Positions 1 to 11,022 of a stretch of DNA of 64,000 nt are shown one piece after another. The translations under genes and the position numbers were made by a program. The stretch comes from Candidatus Omnitrophota bacterium. GTDB lineage: Bacteria > Omnitrophota > Gorgyraeia > Duberdicusellales > 4484-171. Position 1 is the stretch's first letter. Every line of letters begins with the position of its first letter. The DNA lies in the NCBI GenBank assembly GCA_014729775.1, contig WJJJ01000011.1, forward strand, positions 4,606 to 68,605. Direction: 5' to 3'. The notes below the pieces were generated by a model. It was not told where the DNA came from and made no database searches. It worked only from the letters and a program-made list of their open reading frames with translations.

Positions 1-1
1 T

Positions 2-199
2 GCTCCGACGCCGGGCGCAAAGCCTTACGTGGAAATAGGGGATACGGTGAAGCCCGGAGACGTAGTATGTATTATCGAAGCGATGAAGCTGATGAATGAG
101 ATTAAAGCCGAGGACGGCGGGAAAATCGTGGATATTCTCGTGGAAAACGGCCACCCGGTTGAATTCGGACAAACAATATTTCTTATCGAACCTGCCTAA
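2..199 (+). CDS. accB: Biotin carboxyl carrier protein of acetyl-CoA carboxylase, 5'-partial
   Basis: Frame 2 reads ...GDVVCIIEAMKLMNEIKAE...VEFGQTIFLIEPA*, with the EAMK biotinylation motif; directly upstream of accC. Confidence 0.95.
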   Translation, partial: APTPGAKPYVEIGDTVKPGDVVCIIEAMKLMNEIKAEDGGKIVDILVENGHPVEFGQTIFLIEPA

Positions 200-205
200 A
201 AGAAT

Positions 206-1564
206 ATGTTTTCAAAAGTATTAATTGCGAACAGAGGCGAAATCGCAATCCGCATCATCCGCGCCTGCAAAGAAATGGGGATCCGCACGGTCGCGGTATA
301 TTCTGAAGCGGACAGAAATTCACTTCATGTCGGTTTTGCCGACGAAGCGGTATGTATCGGCCGCAGCATCTCATCGGACAGTTATTTGAATATTTCGAGT
401 ATCCTGAGCGCGGCCGAGATTACCGACAGCGATGCGATCCATCCCGGATACGGGTTCCTGTCCGAAAATCCTCATTTTGCTGAAGTGTGCGAATCCTGCG
501 GCATTCGCTTTATCGGACCTTCTGCGGAGAATATCCGAAAGATGGGCGACAAGGTCCAGGCCAAAGAAACGATGCGAAGCGCCGGAGTTCCGCTCGTGCC
601 GGGAAGCGCGGCCAGCGTCACCACGAAAGAGGAGGCACTCGAGGTGGCGAAAAAGATCGGATATCCGGTAATCCTTAAAGCGAAATCCGGAGGAGGAGGC
701 AAAGGGATGCGGGTGTGCCACAGCGACGTCCGGCTGGTCGGAGCGCTGTTTACCGCTCAGTCGGAAGCAGAAGCGTCTTTCGGGGATCCGTCGATCTATA
801 TCGAAAAATTCCTCGTCAATCCGCGTCATATCGAAATACAGATCGCGGCCGACCGCTACGGGAACGTGATCCATCTGGCGGAACGCGACTGTAGTATCCA
901 GCGCCGCCACCAGAAATTGATCGAAGAAGCGCCGTCTCCTGCGTTGTCGGCCCGTTTACGGAAAAAAGTGGGAGAAGCCGCGGTCAAAGGCGTGCGCCAC
1001 ATGAATTATCGAACGGTCGGCACGATGGAGTTTTTGATGGACGCCAACGGTGAATTCTATTTCATGGAGATGAACACGAGGATACAGGTTGAGCATCCCG
1101 TCACGGAGGAAATCACGGGGATCGATCTGATAAAACTCCAAATCGAACTGGCAGCCGGGGAAAAATTAAAAATCAGGCAGGAAGACGTCCGTATTCAGGG
1201 AGCGGCAATCGAATGCCGGATTAACGCCGAAGATCCGGAGAACGGATTCTTACCCTGTCCGGGCACAATCGAGTTCTGTTACGTTCCCGGCGGCCGGGAT
1301 GTGCGCGCGGACACGCATATCTATTCCGGGTACCGTATCCCGCCTTTTTACGATTCGCTGCTGGCGAAGTTAATCGTGAGAGGAGAAACCCGGCAGGATG
1401 CGCTCAGGAAAATGCACAGAGCACTCGGCGAATTCCTGGTGGAACCGATAAAGACCACCGTGCCGTTTTGTCAGCAGGTCCTGAATGATCCGGATTTCCA
1501 GCGAGGCACCTATCATACGGGTTATCTGGAGAAATTTCTGCGTAAGGAAGAGGAATCTATTTAA
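206..1564 (+). CDS. accC: Biotin carboxylase
   Basis: [41 protein letters not shown] and [12 protein letters not shown] motifs. Confidence 0.97.
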   Translation: MFSKVLIANRGEIAIRIIRACKEMGIRTVAVYSEADRNSLHVGFADEAVCIGRSISSDSYLNISSILSAAEITDSDAIHPGYGFLSENPHFAEVCESCGIRFIGPSAENIRKMGDKVQAKETMRSAGVPLVPGSAASVTTKEEALEVAKKIGYPVILKAKSGGGGKGMRVCHSDVRLVGALFTAQSEAEASFGDPSIYIEKFLVNPRHIEIQIAADRYGNVIHLAERDCSIQRRHQKLIEEAPSPALSARLRKKVGEAAVKGVRHMNYRTVGTMEFLMDANGEFYFMEMNTRIQVEHPVTEEITGIDLIKLQIELAAGEKLKIRQEDVRIQGAAIECRINAEDPENGFLPCPGTIEFCYVPGGRDVRADTHIYSGYRIPPFYDSLLAKLIVRGETRQDALRKMHRALGEFLVEPIKTTVPFCQQVLNDPDFQRGTYHTGYLEKFLRKEEESI

Positions 1565-1589
1565 CCGTCCCCCAGAGAAGGAGGTGAAA

Positions 1590-2165
1590 ATGCGAATATT
1601 AACAGCGGGCATGTTCATTATCGTGGGAATATGGGCCGGTTTCCTTTGCGCCGGACTCGCGGCGGGGCTGATCGATGCGGAAATACTGGCGCTCTATCTG
1701 AACACCTACGTGCTGGTAGATACCTATACGCGAACCTCGCTCGGCCTCGTCGGAATTTTACTGATACTTCTTTGTATAAGATACATCCGGGTCATGCTCT
1801 TCCAATCGAAACGGGATAAATCCCTTCTGCTGGAAGCTCCGGAGGGAAAAGTCAGGATCACGCTGTTCGCGCTGGAAGACCTTATCCGAAGGATGCTGGA
1901 TGAACGGGAAGAAATCGTGCACGTGAAACCGAGGATCCATGTCCAGAAACGATCAATCGAAGTGGTCGTTCGCAGCAATCTCGCGCAGGAAGTAAATCTG
2001 ATGGAATTTACGAGCGACATTCAGCGACAGGTAAAAGACCGTCTTCAGAATCTTCTCGGCGAAGAGAAAGAGATTAACGTGCTCGTGAATATACGGAAAG
2101 TATCACTTCCCGGCAAAAAGATGGAAGAGAAAGAAGAACCCGAAGTTCCGTTCAGGAATTATTAA
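1590..2165 (+). CDS. AmaP-like membrane anchor protein with Asp23-like C-terminal domain
   Basis: AGGAGG Shine-Dalgarno before ATG 1590; two N-terminal TM segments, then GKVRITLFALEDL...IQRQVKDRLQNLLG...VNIRKV; position after accC matches the usual neighbourhood. Confidence 0.65.
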   Translation: MRILTAGMFIIVGIWAGFLCAGLAAGLIDAEILALYLNTYVLVDTYTRTSLGLVGILLILLCIRYIRVMLFQSKRDKSLLLEAPEGKVRITLFALEDLIRRMLDEREEIVHVKPRIHVQKRSIEVVVRSNLAQEVNLMEFTSDIQRQVKDRLQNLLGEEKEINVLVNIRKVSLPGKKMEEKEEPEVPFRNY

Positions 2166-2179
2166 TCACCTTGCGTACG

Positions 2180-3100
2180 ATGGAACATCTCATCTCATTG
2201 AAATATTTATCAGCGGAGGAAATACGGGATCTTGTCGATTCGGCGTTCCGGTTAAAACAGGACCCTGGCGGATACGGAAAGTTCCTCACGGGGAAAACGG
2301 TCGGATTATTGTTCGAAAAACCTTCATTGCGGACCAAAACGGCATTTTGCGTCGGTACTCACCAGCTCGGCGCGCGGCCGGTGTACTTCGGTCCTGAAGA
2401 AATCAAGCTGGGAGAACGAGAACAGGTACGCGACGTCGCCAAAACCGTGGGAAAGTTCGTTCAAGCGGTCGTACTGCGTACCTACGCACATCAGACCGTG
2501 CTGGAATTCGCCAAGCACGCCGGCATCCCTGTAATCAATGGGTTAAGCGACCGGTTTCATCCCTCCCAGGCGCTCGCTGATCTGATGACTATCCAGGAAG
2601 CCAAAGGGAGTCTGGAAAAGCTGAAGGTCGCTTATTTGGGAGACGGAAACAACGTCTGTCATTCACTCATGTACGCCATAGCGCTTCTGGGGGGGCACCT
2701 CGCGATCGCGACACCGAAAGAGTTCCTTCCTCAGCGCGAAATACTGGAAGAAACCAGGAATTTCTTCCGCTTGTCCGGAGGAAAATTGGAAATCGGCGGC
2801 GAGCCCGGAATTATCGTCAGAGACGCCGACGTGGTCTATACCGATGTGTGGATTTCAATGGGGAAAGAGCGGGAACGGAAAAAAAGGCTGAAAGCATTCC
2901 GGGGATTTCAAGTGAACTCCGGTTTGATGCGCCGCGCGAAACAGGATTCAATCGTCATGCACTGTCTTCCGGCTCATCGGGGAGAAGAGATTTCCGACGA
3001 CGTAATCGACGGTACGCATTCAGTGGTGTTTACGCAGGCCGAAAACCGTCTATACGCGGCAAAAGCGATTATGGTGAAGCTCTTGGGAGGACTTCAATGA
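2180..3100 (+). CDS. argF: Ornithine carbamoyltransferase
   Basis: FEKPSLRT, HPSQALAD, DVWISMG and MHCLPAHRG motifs; adjacent to argG. Confidence 0.95.
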   Translation: MEHLISLKYLSAEEIRDLVDSAFRLKQDPGGYGKFLTGKTVGLLFEKPSLRTKTAFCVGTHQLGARPVYFGPEEIKLGEREQVRDVAKTVGKFVQAVVLRTYAHQTVLEFAKHAGIPVINGLSDRFHPSQALADLMTIQEAKGSLEKLKVAYLGDGNNVCHSLMYAIALLGGHLAIATPKEFLPQREILEETRNFFRLSGGKLEIGGEPGIIVRDADVVYTDVWISMGKERERKKRLKAFRGFQVNSGLMRRAKQDSIVMHCLPAHRGEEISDDVIDGTHSVVFTQAENRLYAAKAIMVKLLGGLQ

Positions 3101-4278
3101 AGAAAGTGGTACTTGCCTATTCCGGCGGACTGGATACCACCTGCTGTCTCCGCTGGCTGCGGGATCGCGGCTTTGAGGTAATCTGTTTTTCGGCTGATCT
3201 GGGAAGTGAATTCTCCCCGGAAGATATACGGACCCGCGCCGGTCAGGGCGGGGCGGTCAACACCTATGTCATGGATCTCAAAAAAGAATTCGCGCAAGAA
3301 TACGTGCTTCCCAGCCTTTCGGCCGGAGCCGTATATCAAGGAAAATATCTTCTCAGCACCGCTTTGGGAAGACCTCTTATCGCAAAATATCTGACCGAGA
3401 TCGCCCGTAAGGAAGGCGCCGGCTATCTGGCCCACGGCTGTACCGGCAAGGGAAACGATCAGGTGAGAATCGAAGTGAACGCGCATTTACTGGCTCCGGA
3501 ACTGAAAATCATCGCACCGCTGCGCGAATGGGAGCTCACCTCCCGTGAAGCGGAAATCGAGTACGCGAAAAAACACGGATTAACGCACGACGCCTCGGCG
3601 GAAAAGATATACAGCATCGATCAGAATCTGTGGGGAATAAGCGTGGAAGGAGGAATTCTGGAGGATCCAGGGCAGGACGTGCCCCTGAATTCCTATTACC
3701 AGGTGAACCCCCCGGAGAAAACCCCCGATACCCTGCAGGATGTGGAGATATCATTTGAGGAGGGAGTTCCGGTTCGTCTCAACGGTCAGCCGATATCGTT
3801 TATCGGGTGCGTACAAGAGCTGAATGAGATCGGTGCCCGGCACGGAATCGGCCGCACGGATCTCATTGAGGACCGGGTTGTGGGGATTAAATCCCGGGAA
3901 ATATATGAAGCCCCTGCGGCATGGATTCTGCACACCGCCCTTCGCGAGCTCGAACACATGACTCTGGACCGTGAAACGCTCGCGTTTAAATCGTTCGTCG
4001 CGGAGAAGTACGCCCAGCTCGTCTATCAGGGATTGTGGTTTTCTCCTCTCAAAACTGGACTGGATGAATTCGCGAAATCGTTACGGCCGAGAATCACGGG
4101 AACTATCCGTCTCGGTCTTTTCCGGGGACTCATTACGGTGCGCCGCAGGTTCGCCCCGCACGCGCTGTATCAAAAAGAAATCGCCACTTACGGAGAAGGG
4201 AGTTCTTTCGACCCTTCGCATGCAGAGGGATTCATACGGCTCTGGGAAATGCCGTTCATCCGAAAGGAAAACACATGA
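3097..4278 (+). CDS. argG: Argininosuccinate synthase
   Basis: KKVVLAYSGGLDT, HGCTGKGNDQVR and KSREIYEAP motifs; start overlaps the argF stop (ATGA). Confidence 0.97.
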   Translation: MKKVVLAYSGGLDTTCCLRWLRDRGFEVICFSADLGSEFSPEDIRTRAGQGGAVNTYVMDLKKEFAQEYVLPSLSAGAVYQGKYLLSTALGRPLIAKYLTEIARKEGAGYLAHGCTGKGNDQVRIEVNAHLLAPELKIIAPLREWELTSREAEIEYAKKHGLTHDASAEKIYSIDQNLWGISVEGGILEDPGQDVPLNSYYQVNPPEKTPDTLQDVEISFEEGVPVRLNGQPISFIGCVQELNEIGARHGIGRTDLIEDRVVGIKSREIYEAPAAWILHTALRELEHMTLDRETLAFKSFVAEKYAQLVYQGLWFSPLKTGLDEFAKSLRPRITGTIRLGLFRGLITVRRRFAPHALYQKEIATYGEGSSFDPSHAEGFIRLWEMPFIRKENT

Positions 4279-5636
4279 AGCAGAAATTATGGGGCGGAAG
4301 ATTCACCGCGGAAACGGATTCCGACTTTTACCGCTTTCAACAGTCGATTCAGTACGATCACCTGCTCGCGGAATATGACGTGATGCATTCGCTTCTCCAT
4401 ATTGAAGCCCTGCGCAGCGCGAAACTCCTGGATACGGACGAATATACGCGTCTCTCCCGGGCATTACGGGTAATTCTGGGCGAGATAGGGGAAGGCACCT
4501 ACCGCTTCGGAAAAGACGCCGAAGATATCCATACCGATATTCAGCAGCGCGTGGCCAAAATTGCCGGCCGCGCCGCAGCCGCGAAACTGCACACATTACG
4601 TTCCAGGAACGACCAGATTCAGTTCGACGAAAAATCATACTGCGTGAAAGAAGCGATCACGCTTCTGGAACTGACGTCTAAAGTTTTGGAACAATATTCT
4701 CTCCTGATTCAGAAATTTTCCGGAGAATATTTCATCGGATTTACCCATCTCCAGCGGGCGCAGGTAATATTAGCAAGCGATTATTTCGGCGCGTATTTTT
4801 GGCTGTTCCACGCTGATTTTGTCCGGTTGGACCGTTACGTGAGGAACGCGGCAGTTTCCATCGGCAACGGCGCGCTGGCCGGAAGCGCGCTTGACAAAAA
4901 TGATTATATTGCCGCGGTGAAAAAGCTTTTACCGGAAAACATGTGGAAGATCATTCCGACGGCGAACGCGATATACGGCGTGAGTGATCGCGACTACCTG
5001 ATCGAACTGCTGTCGATCTGCGCGCTCATCCAGTCTCATTTGTCCCGTTTTGCCGAAGACTGCGTAGTGTATTCTTCCCGTGAATTCGGCTATTTCCGGC
5101 TGCCGGAACAATTTTGTACGGGATCTTCGCTCATGCCCCAGAAAAAGAATCCCGATTTTTTTGAATTAGTCCGGGGTACCACCGGGAAGATCTACGGCAA
5201 TCTCATGTCAGCGCTCACCGTCATGAAGGGGTTGCCTCTGGCCTACAATAGAGACATGCAGCTGAATAAAGAATCCCTTTTTTCGAGCGTTACCGCTATC
5301 TCCGAACAGATGAAACTCCTGGCCAAAGCTGTTCCCGGCATCGAAATCGATCACGCGCGCGTGCACGAAGCTCTCGCCGACGAAGGTCTTTACGCGACGG
5401 AACTAGCGGAGTATCTCGTGCAGGAAAAGGTTCCCTTTCAGCGCGCGCATGAGATCGTGGGGAAACTGATCAGTGAAAGTGAAAAACGGAAAACCGCCCT
5501 TCATGATTTTTCCGAAGCACAACTGAAAAAATTCCACGAGAAAATCACGAGGACGGTAATCACGCGCGTAATGAACCCCGAATACGCGGTCCGCTCCAGA
5601 AATTCCGTGTCCAACACGCTTCCGGGAAAAAAATAA
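4275..5636 (+). CDS. argH: Argininosuccinate lyase
   Basis: KLWGGRF, RSRNDQ, THLQRAQ and GSSLMPQKKNPD signature. Confidence 0.95.
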   Translation: MKQKLWGGRFTAETDSDFYRFQQSIQYDHLLAEYDVMHSLLHIEALRSAKLLDTDEYTRLSRALRVILGEIGEGTYRFGKDAEDIHTDIQQRVAKIAGRAAAAKLHTLRSRNDQIQFDEKSYCVKEAITLLELTSKVLEQYSLLIQKFSGEYFIGFTHLQRAQVILASDYFGAYFWLFHADFVRLDRYVRNAAVSIGNGALAGSALDKNDYIAAVKKLLPENMWKIIPTANAIYGVSDRDYLIELLSICALIQSHLSRFAEDCVVYSSREFGYFRLPEQFCTGSSLMPQKKNPDFFELVRGTTGKIYGNLMSALTVMKGLPLAYNRDMQLNKESLFSSVTAISEQMKLLAKAVPGIEIDHARVHEALADEGLYATELAEYLVQEKVPFQRAHEIVGKLISESEKRKTALHDFSEAQLKKFHEKITRTVITRVMNPEYAVRSRNSVSNTLPGKK

Positions 5637-5638
5637 TC

Positions 5639-6895
5639 ATGCATTCTTTTACCTACAGACAACAGCACCTTCATTGCGAGGACATCCCGGTACGCACCGC
5701 GGCGGAACGGTTCGGCACGCCGCTGTACCTGTATAGTGCCGAAACATTACGCGACCATTACCGTAAACTTCACGCCGCGTTCCGGGATTTTGACCCGCTC
5801 ATCTGCTATTCGGTAAAGGCCAATTCGAATCTCGCGATCTTGAATCTTCTCGTCAGGGAGGGAGCGGGTTTGGATATCGTATCCGGAGGAGAGCTGTTCC
5901 GGGCAAAGAAAGCAGGCTGCCCCGCGGAGAAAATAGTGTATGCTTCGGTGGGGAAAACGGAGGAGGAAATCCGGGACGCACTTGAATACCGCATCCATAT
6001 GTTCAACGTTGAATCGATCCCGGAACTTCGCCGTATAAACGAAATCGCCGGAGAAGCCGGAAAGCGGGCGCCGGCCGCGTTACGGTTCAATCCCGATATC
6101 CAGCCCGATACCCACGCCTATATTACGACGGGGAAAAAGGAAACGAAATTCGGAATGGACATCGAAACCGTGCGACACACTCTGCTCAATCAGGGTGAAT
6201 TTCCGCATGTCGATTTTCGCGGCATTCATGTACATATCGGTTCGCAAATAACCGATGCGCTCCCTTTTCAGCGCACCCTGCAAAAAGTACTTGAGTTGAC
6301 GGAACACGTGCAAAGTAAGGGGATAGCCCTGTCGGCGTTAAATATCGGCGGTGGACTCGGGATCGTATACGAGAACGAACAGCCGCAAACCGCCGATGAT
6401 TTCGCCCAAGCGGTTGCCCCGGTACTCCGCAAGATCAATCTTCCCTTGATTCTTGAGCCGGGACGTTTTATTGCCGGAAACGCGGGAATTCTCCTGACGA
6501 AAGTGCTCTACGTCAAGGATACTCCGGCCAAACGCTTTCTGGTCGTTGATGCCGGAATGAATGATATGCTGCGTCCTTCACTGTACCGCGCCTATCATGA
6601 AATACTCCCCGTGGAACAGAAAAAGAGCGAGCCCTGCCAGCCACCGCGGCCGGCTGACGTAGTGGGACCGATATGTGAGAGCGGCGATTTTCTCGGGAAA
6701 AACCGGACGCTGACGGTAAATGAAGGCGATCTTATGGCAGTATTCGGCGCGGGTGCCTATGGATTCAGTATGAGTTCTAATTATAATTCCCGCCGCCGGC
6801 CCGCCGAAGCCCTGGTCCACGAGGGAAAGATATCCCTCATCCGGAAACGGGAATCCGAAGACGATCTGATTCGTCACGAACAGATGGTGCCGTAA
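5639..6895 (+). CDS. lysA: Diaminopimelate decarboxylase
   Basis: YSVKAN (PLP lysine), HIGSQ, EPGR and GPICESGD motifs. Confidence 0.96.
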   Translation: MHSFTYRQQHLHCEDIPVRTAAERFGTPLYLYSAETLRDHYRKLHAAFRDFDPLICYSVKANSNLAILNLLVREGAGLDIVSGGELFRAKKAGCPAEKIVYASVGKTEEEIRDALEYRIHMFNVESIPELRRINEIAGEAGKRAPAALRFNPDIQPDTHAYITTGKKETKFGMDIETVRHTLLNQGEFPHVDFRGIHVHIGSQITDALPFQRTLQKVLELTEHVQSKGIALSALNIGGGLGIVYENEQPQTADDFAQAVAPVLRKINLPLILEPGRFIAGNAGILLTKVLYVKDTPAKRFLVVDAGMNDMLRPSLYRAYHEILPVEQKKSEPCQPPRPADVVGPICESGDFLGKNRTLTVNEGDLMAVFGAGAYGFSMSSNYNSRRRPAEALVHEGKISLIRKRESEDDLIRHEQMVP

Positions 6896-6898
6896 TCT

Positions 6899-7732
6899 AT
6901 GAAACACGTGAAATTTACCAAAGTTCACGCATCGGGAAACGATTTTATCCTTCTGGATCAACGCCGCCGCCCGGGACGCCTGAATTACCGCGCATTCGCG
7001 CGCAGGTATTGTGCCCGTACCACAGGGATCGGAGCCGACGGCGTGCTGGTACTGACCTCTTCCTCCAAAGCGGCGGTAAAAATGCGTATTTTTAACGCTG
7101 ACGGATCCGAGGCGGAAATGTGCGGAAACGGGGCGCGCTGCGCGGCGCTCTGGACACACAAGACCCGACGAAAGAACGACCGCAAACTGACGATTGAAAC
7201 GATTGCCGGAATCATCAACGCCGGCGTGACACGTTCACGGGTGAAGATTCAACTGACGGATCCTGCGGATATCCGTATGCATCAGAAGCTGCGCCTGGCC
7301 GGACGGCATATCACCGTGCATTATTTGAATACGGGCGTGCCCCATACCGTGATCGCGGTGCAGGGACTGGCTAATATTGACGTGCGGGCGGTCGGCCGCG
7401 CGGTCCGGACACACCCTTATTTCGCCCCCGAGGGCACGAACGTCAATTTTATCGAGCCGGCAGGAGAAAACTTCATTCGGCTACGCACCTATGAACGGGG
7501 CGTGGAGAGTGAAACCGGGGCCTGCGGCACCGGATCGGCCGCGGCGGCAATCGTGGCCGATACCTTATGGTCAGCGCCTCCTCCGGAGAGACGAAAAATC
7601 AAGGTACAGACACAGAGCGGAGAAGTGCTCTCAATCACGTTTCAACGCCGGCAGGAGAAACGCACCGAAGTGTGGCTGCAGGGCCGGGCCGAAATCGTGT
7701 TTAATGGAACGACCGAAACAACACGCGAATAA
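6899..7732 (+). CDS. dapF: Diaminopimelate epimerase
   Basis: GNDF, EMCGNGARC and ERGVESETGACGTG motifs, with both catalytic Cys. Confidence 0.96.
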   Translation: MKHVKFTKVHASGNDFILLDQRRRPGRLNYRAFARRYCARTTGIGADGVLVLTSSSKAAVKMRIFNADGSEAEMCGNGARCAALWTHKTRRKNDRKLTIETIAGIINAGVTRSRVKIQLTDPADIRMHQKLRLAGRHITVHYLNTGVPHTVIAVQGLANIDVRAVGRAVRTHPYFAPEGTNVNFIEPAGENFIRLRTYERGVESETGACGTGSAAAAIVADTLWSAPPPERRKIKVQTQSGEVLSITFQRRQEKRTEVWLQGRAEIVFNGTTETTRE

Positions 7733-7744
7733 AGGAGGAACAGT

Positions 7745-8623
7745 ATGAGAAAAGGAAGTATTGTCGCCCTGGTGACTCCCTTTCGGGAAGACGGAGAAAT
7801 AGACGAATCCACTCTGCGGTCACTGCTGAACTGGCATGCGGATCAGGGCACGGACGGGATCCTGGTCTGCGGAACGACCGGCGAGAGCGCCACGCTTTCT
7901 CATCAGGAACATAAACACCTGATCGACATCGCCGTGCAGGAAATAGACGGCCGTATCCCGGTAATCGCCGGCTGCGGGTCCAACGCGACTCGGGAAGCGT
8001 TGGATCTGACGCGTTACGCACACCAGGCAGGAGCGGACGCGGCCCTGGTGATCACCCCGTACTACAACAAGCCGACCCAGGAAGGATTGTATCGTCACTT
8101 TAAAACCATTGCTGACGACGTCGGTATTCCTATTCTGTTGTATAACGTTCCCTCGCGTACCGGCGTCAACATGACGCCGGAGACGGTCATTCGGCTCTAC
8201 CGCGATTGTAAAAACATCGTCGGATTAAAAGAAGCGGGGGGGTCTCTTGATCAAATGACCGCACTGATGAAAGGAGTAGACAAGGAATTTCTGCTCTATT
8301 CCGGAACCGATGAGTTGATCTTACCGGTACTGTCCGTCGGAGGAGCCGGAGTAGTTTCGGTGGTAGCGAATATCCTTCCCCGGCAGACGCACAGGCTTGT
8401 GCAATCCTTTCTACAGGGAAACCGGGAAGAAGCGGCTACGGCCCAGTTTGCCCTCTATGACCTGATTAAAACGCTGTTCATCGAAACAAACCCCATACCG
8501 GTAAAAACAGCGCTCGGACTTATGGGAAGACTGAAACCGGTATTGCGTCTTCCTTTATGCCCCATGGGAGAATCTCACCTGGAAAAGTTAACGCAGGCAT
8601 TAACGCAATATGGAATTCTTTAA
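7745..8623 (+). CDS. dapA: 4-hydroxy-tetrahydrodipicolinate synthase
   Basis: GTTGES, YNVPSRTG, GLKEA and ETNPIPVK motifs. Confidence 0.96.
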   Translation: MRKGSIVALVTPFREDGEIDESTLRSLLNWHADQGTDGILVCGTTGESATLSHQEHKHLIDIAVQEIDGRIPVIAGCGSNATREALDLTRYAHQAGADAALVITPYYNKPTQEGLYRHFKTIADDVGIPILLYNVPSRTGVNMTPETVIRLYRDCKNIVGLKEAGGSLDQMTALMKGVDKEFLLYSGTDELILPVLSVGGAGVVSVVANILPRQTHRLVQSFLQGNREEAATAQFALYDLIKTLFIETNPIPVKTALGLMGRLKPVLRLPLCPMGESHLEKLTQALTQYGIL

Positions 8624-8655
8624 CGGCCGAGAAGAAAGAATACGGAGGAATTTTT

Positions 8656-9396
8656 ATGATTAAAATCGGAGTGAGCGGAGCGAGAGGAAGGATGGGACAG
8701 CGCATTATCGCGCTCGCGAGGCAGGACAGCACATTTAAGGTAAGTTTCGGACTGGAAGCGGACACACATCCTGACGCAGGGCAGATCATCGATAATCTCA
8801 TGATCGCCAGCGATCCGGCTTACATAGAGAATTGCGAATGTCTGATTGATTTTAGTTCACCTTCCGCGACCGCGAACTATCTCTCTCATTTGGTGGCACA
8901 AAAGAAAAAAGCCGTAATCGGAACAACCGGATTTTCCCGGGAAGAATACGCAAAGATCAGCCAGGCCGCAAAGGAAACCGCGATCCTCTGTTCGCCGAAC
9001 ATGAGTATCGGAGTGAATCTATTGTTCCGGCTGGTGAAAGAAAGCGCCGCCGTGCTGAAAGGATATAAAACGCATATCGAGGAAATCCACCACGTGCATA
9101 AAAAGGACGCTCCTTCGGGTACCGCGAAACGGATCGGAAATATTCTCTCCGGCCTGGGATTTCCCGTCAAAGACAGCGACATCGACGCTCTGCGAATCGG
9201 AGAGGTGATCGGAGATCACAAAGTAAGGTTTGAAAGCGGCGTGGATAAGATCGAATTGTTTCATTCGGCGAAAACCCGGGATATTTTCGCTCAGGGCGCC
9301 CTCGTGGCCGCAAAATGGCTTCATCAGAAAAAAACGGGACTGTACACCATGGAAGACGTGCTCTTTCATCAGGACAAAGGAAAGGAAACGAAATGA
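8656..9396 (+). CDS. dapB: 4-hydroxy-tetrahydrodipicolinate reductase
   Basis: GARGRMG, IGTTG and EIHHVHKKDAPSGTA motifs; GGAGG Shine-Dalgarno before ATG 8656. Confidence 0.96.
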   Translation: MIKIGVSGARGRMGQRIIALARQDSTFKVSFGLEADTHPDAGQIIDNLMIASDPAYIENCECLIDFSSPSATANYLSHLVAQKKKAVIGTTGFSREEYAKISQAAKETAILCSPNMSIGVNLLFRLVKESAAVLKGYKTHIEEIHHVHKKDAPSGTAKRIGNILSGLGFPVKDSDIDALRIGEVIGDHKVRFESGVDKIELFHSAKTRDIFAQGALVAAKWLHQKKTGLYTMEDVLFHQDKGKETK

Positions 9397-10550
9397 CGTA
9401 CGAACCTGCACAGCGAATGACGAAATTTCCGCCGTATTTGTTCGCGGAAATTGACGACCAGAAATCGGCATTGAAAGCAAAAGGAATCGACTTCGTCGAC
9501 GTGAGTATCGGTGATCCGGACATCCCGGCGCCGGACGCCGCGGTTGAAGCATTATTCCGTTCCGCTCAGAAGAAAGAAAGCCAGAAATACGCATCAAACC
9601 GCTCGAAACTCGTCTTACGGGAAAAGATCAGTCAGTGGTCCAAGCGCCGGTTCGGGATCACGCTTTCCCCCAGGGACGAGATTCTGCCTTTGATCGGTTC
9701 AAAAGAGGGCTTGGTTCATTTCCCGCTGGCAGTGGTAAATTCCGGGGACTACGTGCTCATCCCATCCCCCGGCTATCCCGGGTACCGCGGGGCCGCCCTG
9801 TTCTCGGAAGGAATTCCCTATGAACTGCCTCTGCGGGAAGAGAATGATTTTCTGCCGGATCTGGAAGAAATTCCCGGAGAAGTCCGGAACAAAACAAAAT
9901 TAATGTTCCTGAACTATCCTCATAATCCTACTACTGCTCTCGCACCCAGGGATTTTCTTGAACGGCTCATCGCCTTCTGCGCGAAATACGGGATCATTCT
10001 CGCCTACGATAATGCCTATTCCGAAATATTCTACGACGAAAAACCATTGAGCATTCTGGAAATCCCCGGTGCCAAGGAAATCGCGGTAGAGTTCCATTCC
10101 TGTTCAAAGACGTTTTGCATGACCGGTTTTCGTATCGGATGGGCCGCGGGGAATCCGCAGCTCGTGTCTGCTCTGGCAAAGGTCAAATCGAACACGGATT
10201 CGGGAATTTTCCCGGCGGTCCAGGACGCGGCCGCCGCAGCCCTTGACGATGCACGATACATCGAACAGCTCCGGGCCGCATTCCGGCGCCGCCGTGATTC
10301 TTTTCTGGAAACTCTCGGTTCCGGCGTGTTTCCCAGGACGCACGCCCATTCCACCTTTTACGTGTGGGCCGCGCTTCCCGAAGACCGGCAGAATTCAATT
10401 GAATATGCCCGATATCTTTTGGAGAAAAAACATCTCGTCGCCACTCCGGGAAGAGGCTTCGGCCAATACGGCGAGGGATTTATCCGCTTCGCGCTCACGG
10501 TTGACGTGCCGGTATTAACCCGGGCCGCGGAACTGCTCCGTTCGGCGTGA
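9393..10550 (+). CDS. dapL: LL-diaminopimelate aminotransferase (class I/II PLP aminotransferase)
   Basis: PPYLFAEID, IGSKEG, NYPHNPT, DNAYSE and SKTFCMTGFRIG motifs; located in the dap cluster. Confidence 0.85.
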   Translation: MTYEPAQRMTKFPPYLFAEIDDQKSALKAKGIDFVDVSIGDPDIPAPDAAVEALFRSAQKKESQKYASNRSKLVLREKISQWSKRRFGITLSPRDEILPLIGSKEGLVHFPLAVVNSGDYVLIPSPGYPGYRGAALFSEGIPYELPLREENDFLPDLEEIPGEVRNKTKLMFLNYPHNPTTALAPRDFLERLIAFCAKYGIILAYDNAYSEIFYDEKPLSILEIPGAKEIAVEFHSCSKTFCMTGFRIGWAAGNPQLVSALAKVKSNTDSGIFPAVQDAAAAALDDARYIEQLRAAFRRRRDSFLETLGSGVFPRTHAHSTFYVWAALPEDRQNSIEYARYLLEKKHLVATPGRGFGQYGEGFIRFALTVDVPVLTRAAELLRSA

Positions 10551-10569
10551 GACAGCACACGGACTTCTG

Positions 10570-11022
10570 ATGGCGATATATATCGGAATCGGCGCAAATC
10601 TCGGTGACCGTGCACGATCCATACGGAACGCGCTGGCCATGCTCAAGACGCATCCGGAAATACGCGTGAAAAAGGTTTCCCGGCTGAGGGAAACTTCGCC
10701 GGTAGACGGACCGGCCCAGCCCGATTATCTGAACGCCGCGGCGGAACTCGAATCGTCTCTTTCTCCGCAAGAACTGCTCCGCGCGTTACAGGAGATCGAG
10801 CACCGGCTGGGTCGTGTCCGCGCACTCAAAAACGGACCGCGCATTATCGATTTGGATTTGCTGCTGTATCACGAGCAAATAATCTGTTCGGCCGGTCTGC
10901 AGGTCCCTCATCCGCGTATGACACGGCGGGCGTTTGTCATGGAACCGCTGAGAGAGATCTCGCCGGACATCGATAAGGTAATTCAGCGAATCGGCAAGGT
11001 ACATGAAAACACTAAAAACTAA
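10570..11022 (+). CDS. folK: 2-amino-4-hydroxy-6-hydroxymethyldihydropteridine diphosphokinase
   Basis: IGIGANLGD, GPRIIDLDLL and VPHPRM motifs. Confidence 0.95.
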   Translation: MAIYIGIGANLGDRARSIRNALAMLKTHPEIRVKKVSRLRETSPVDGPAQPDYLNAAAELESSLSPQELLRALQEIEHRLGRVRALKNGPRIIDLDLLLYHEQIICSAGLQVPHPRMTRRAFVMEPLREISPDIDKVIQRIGKVHENTKN

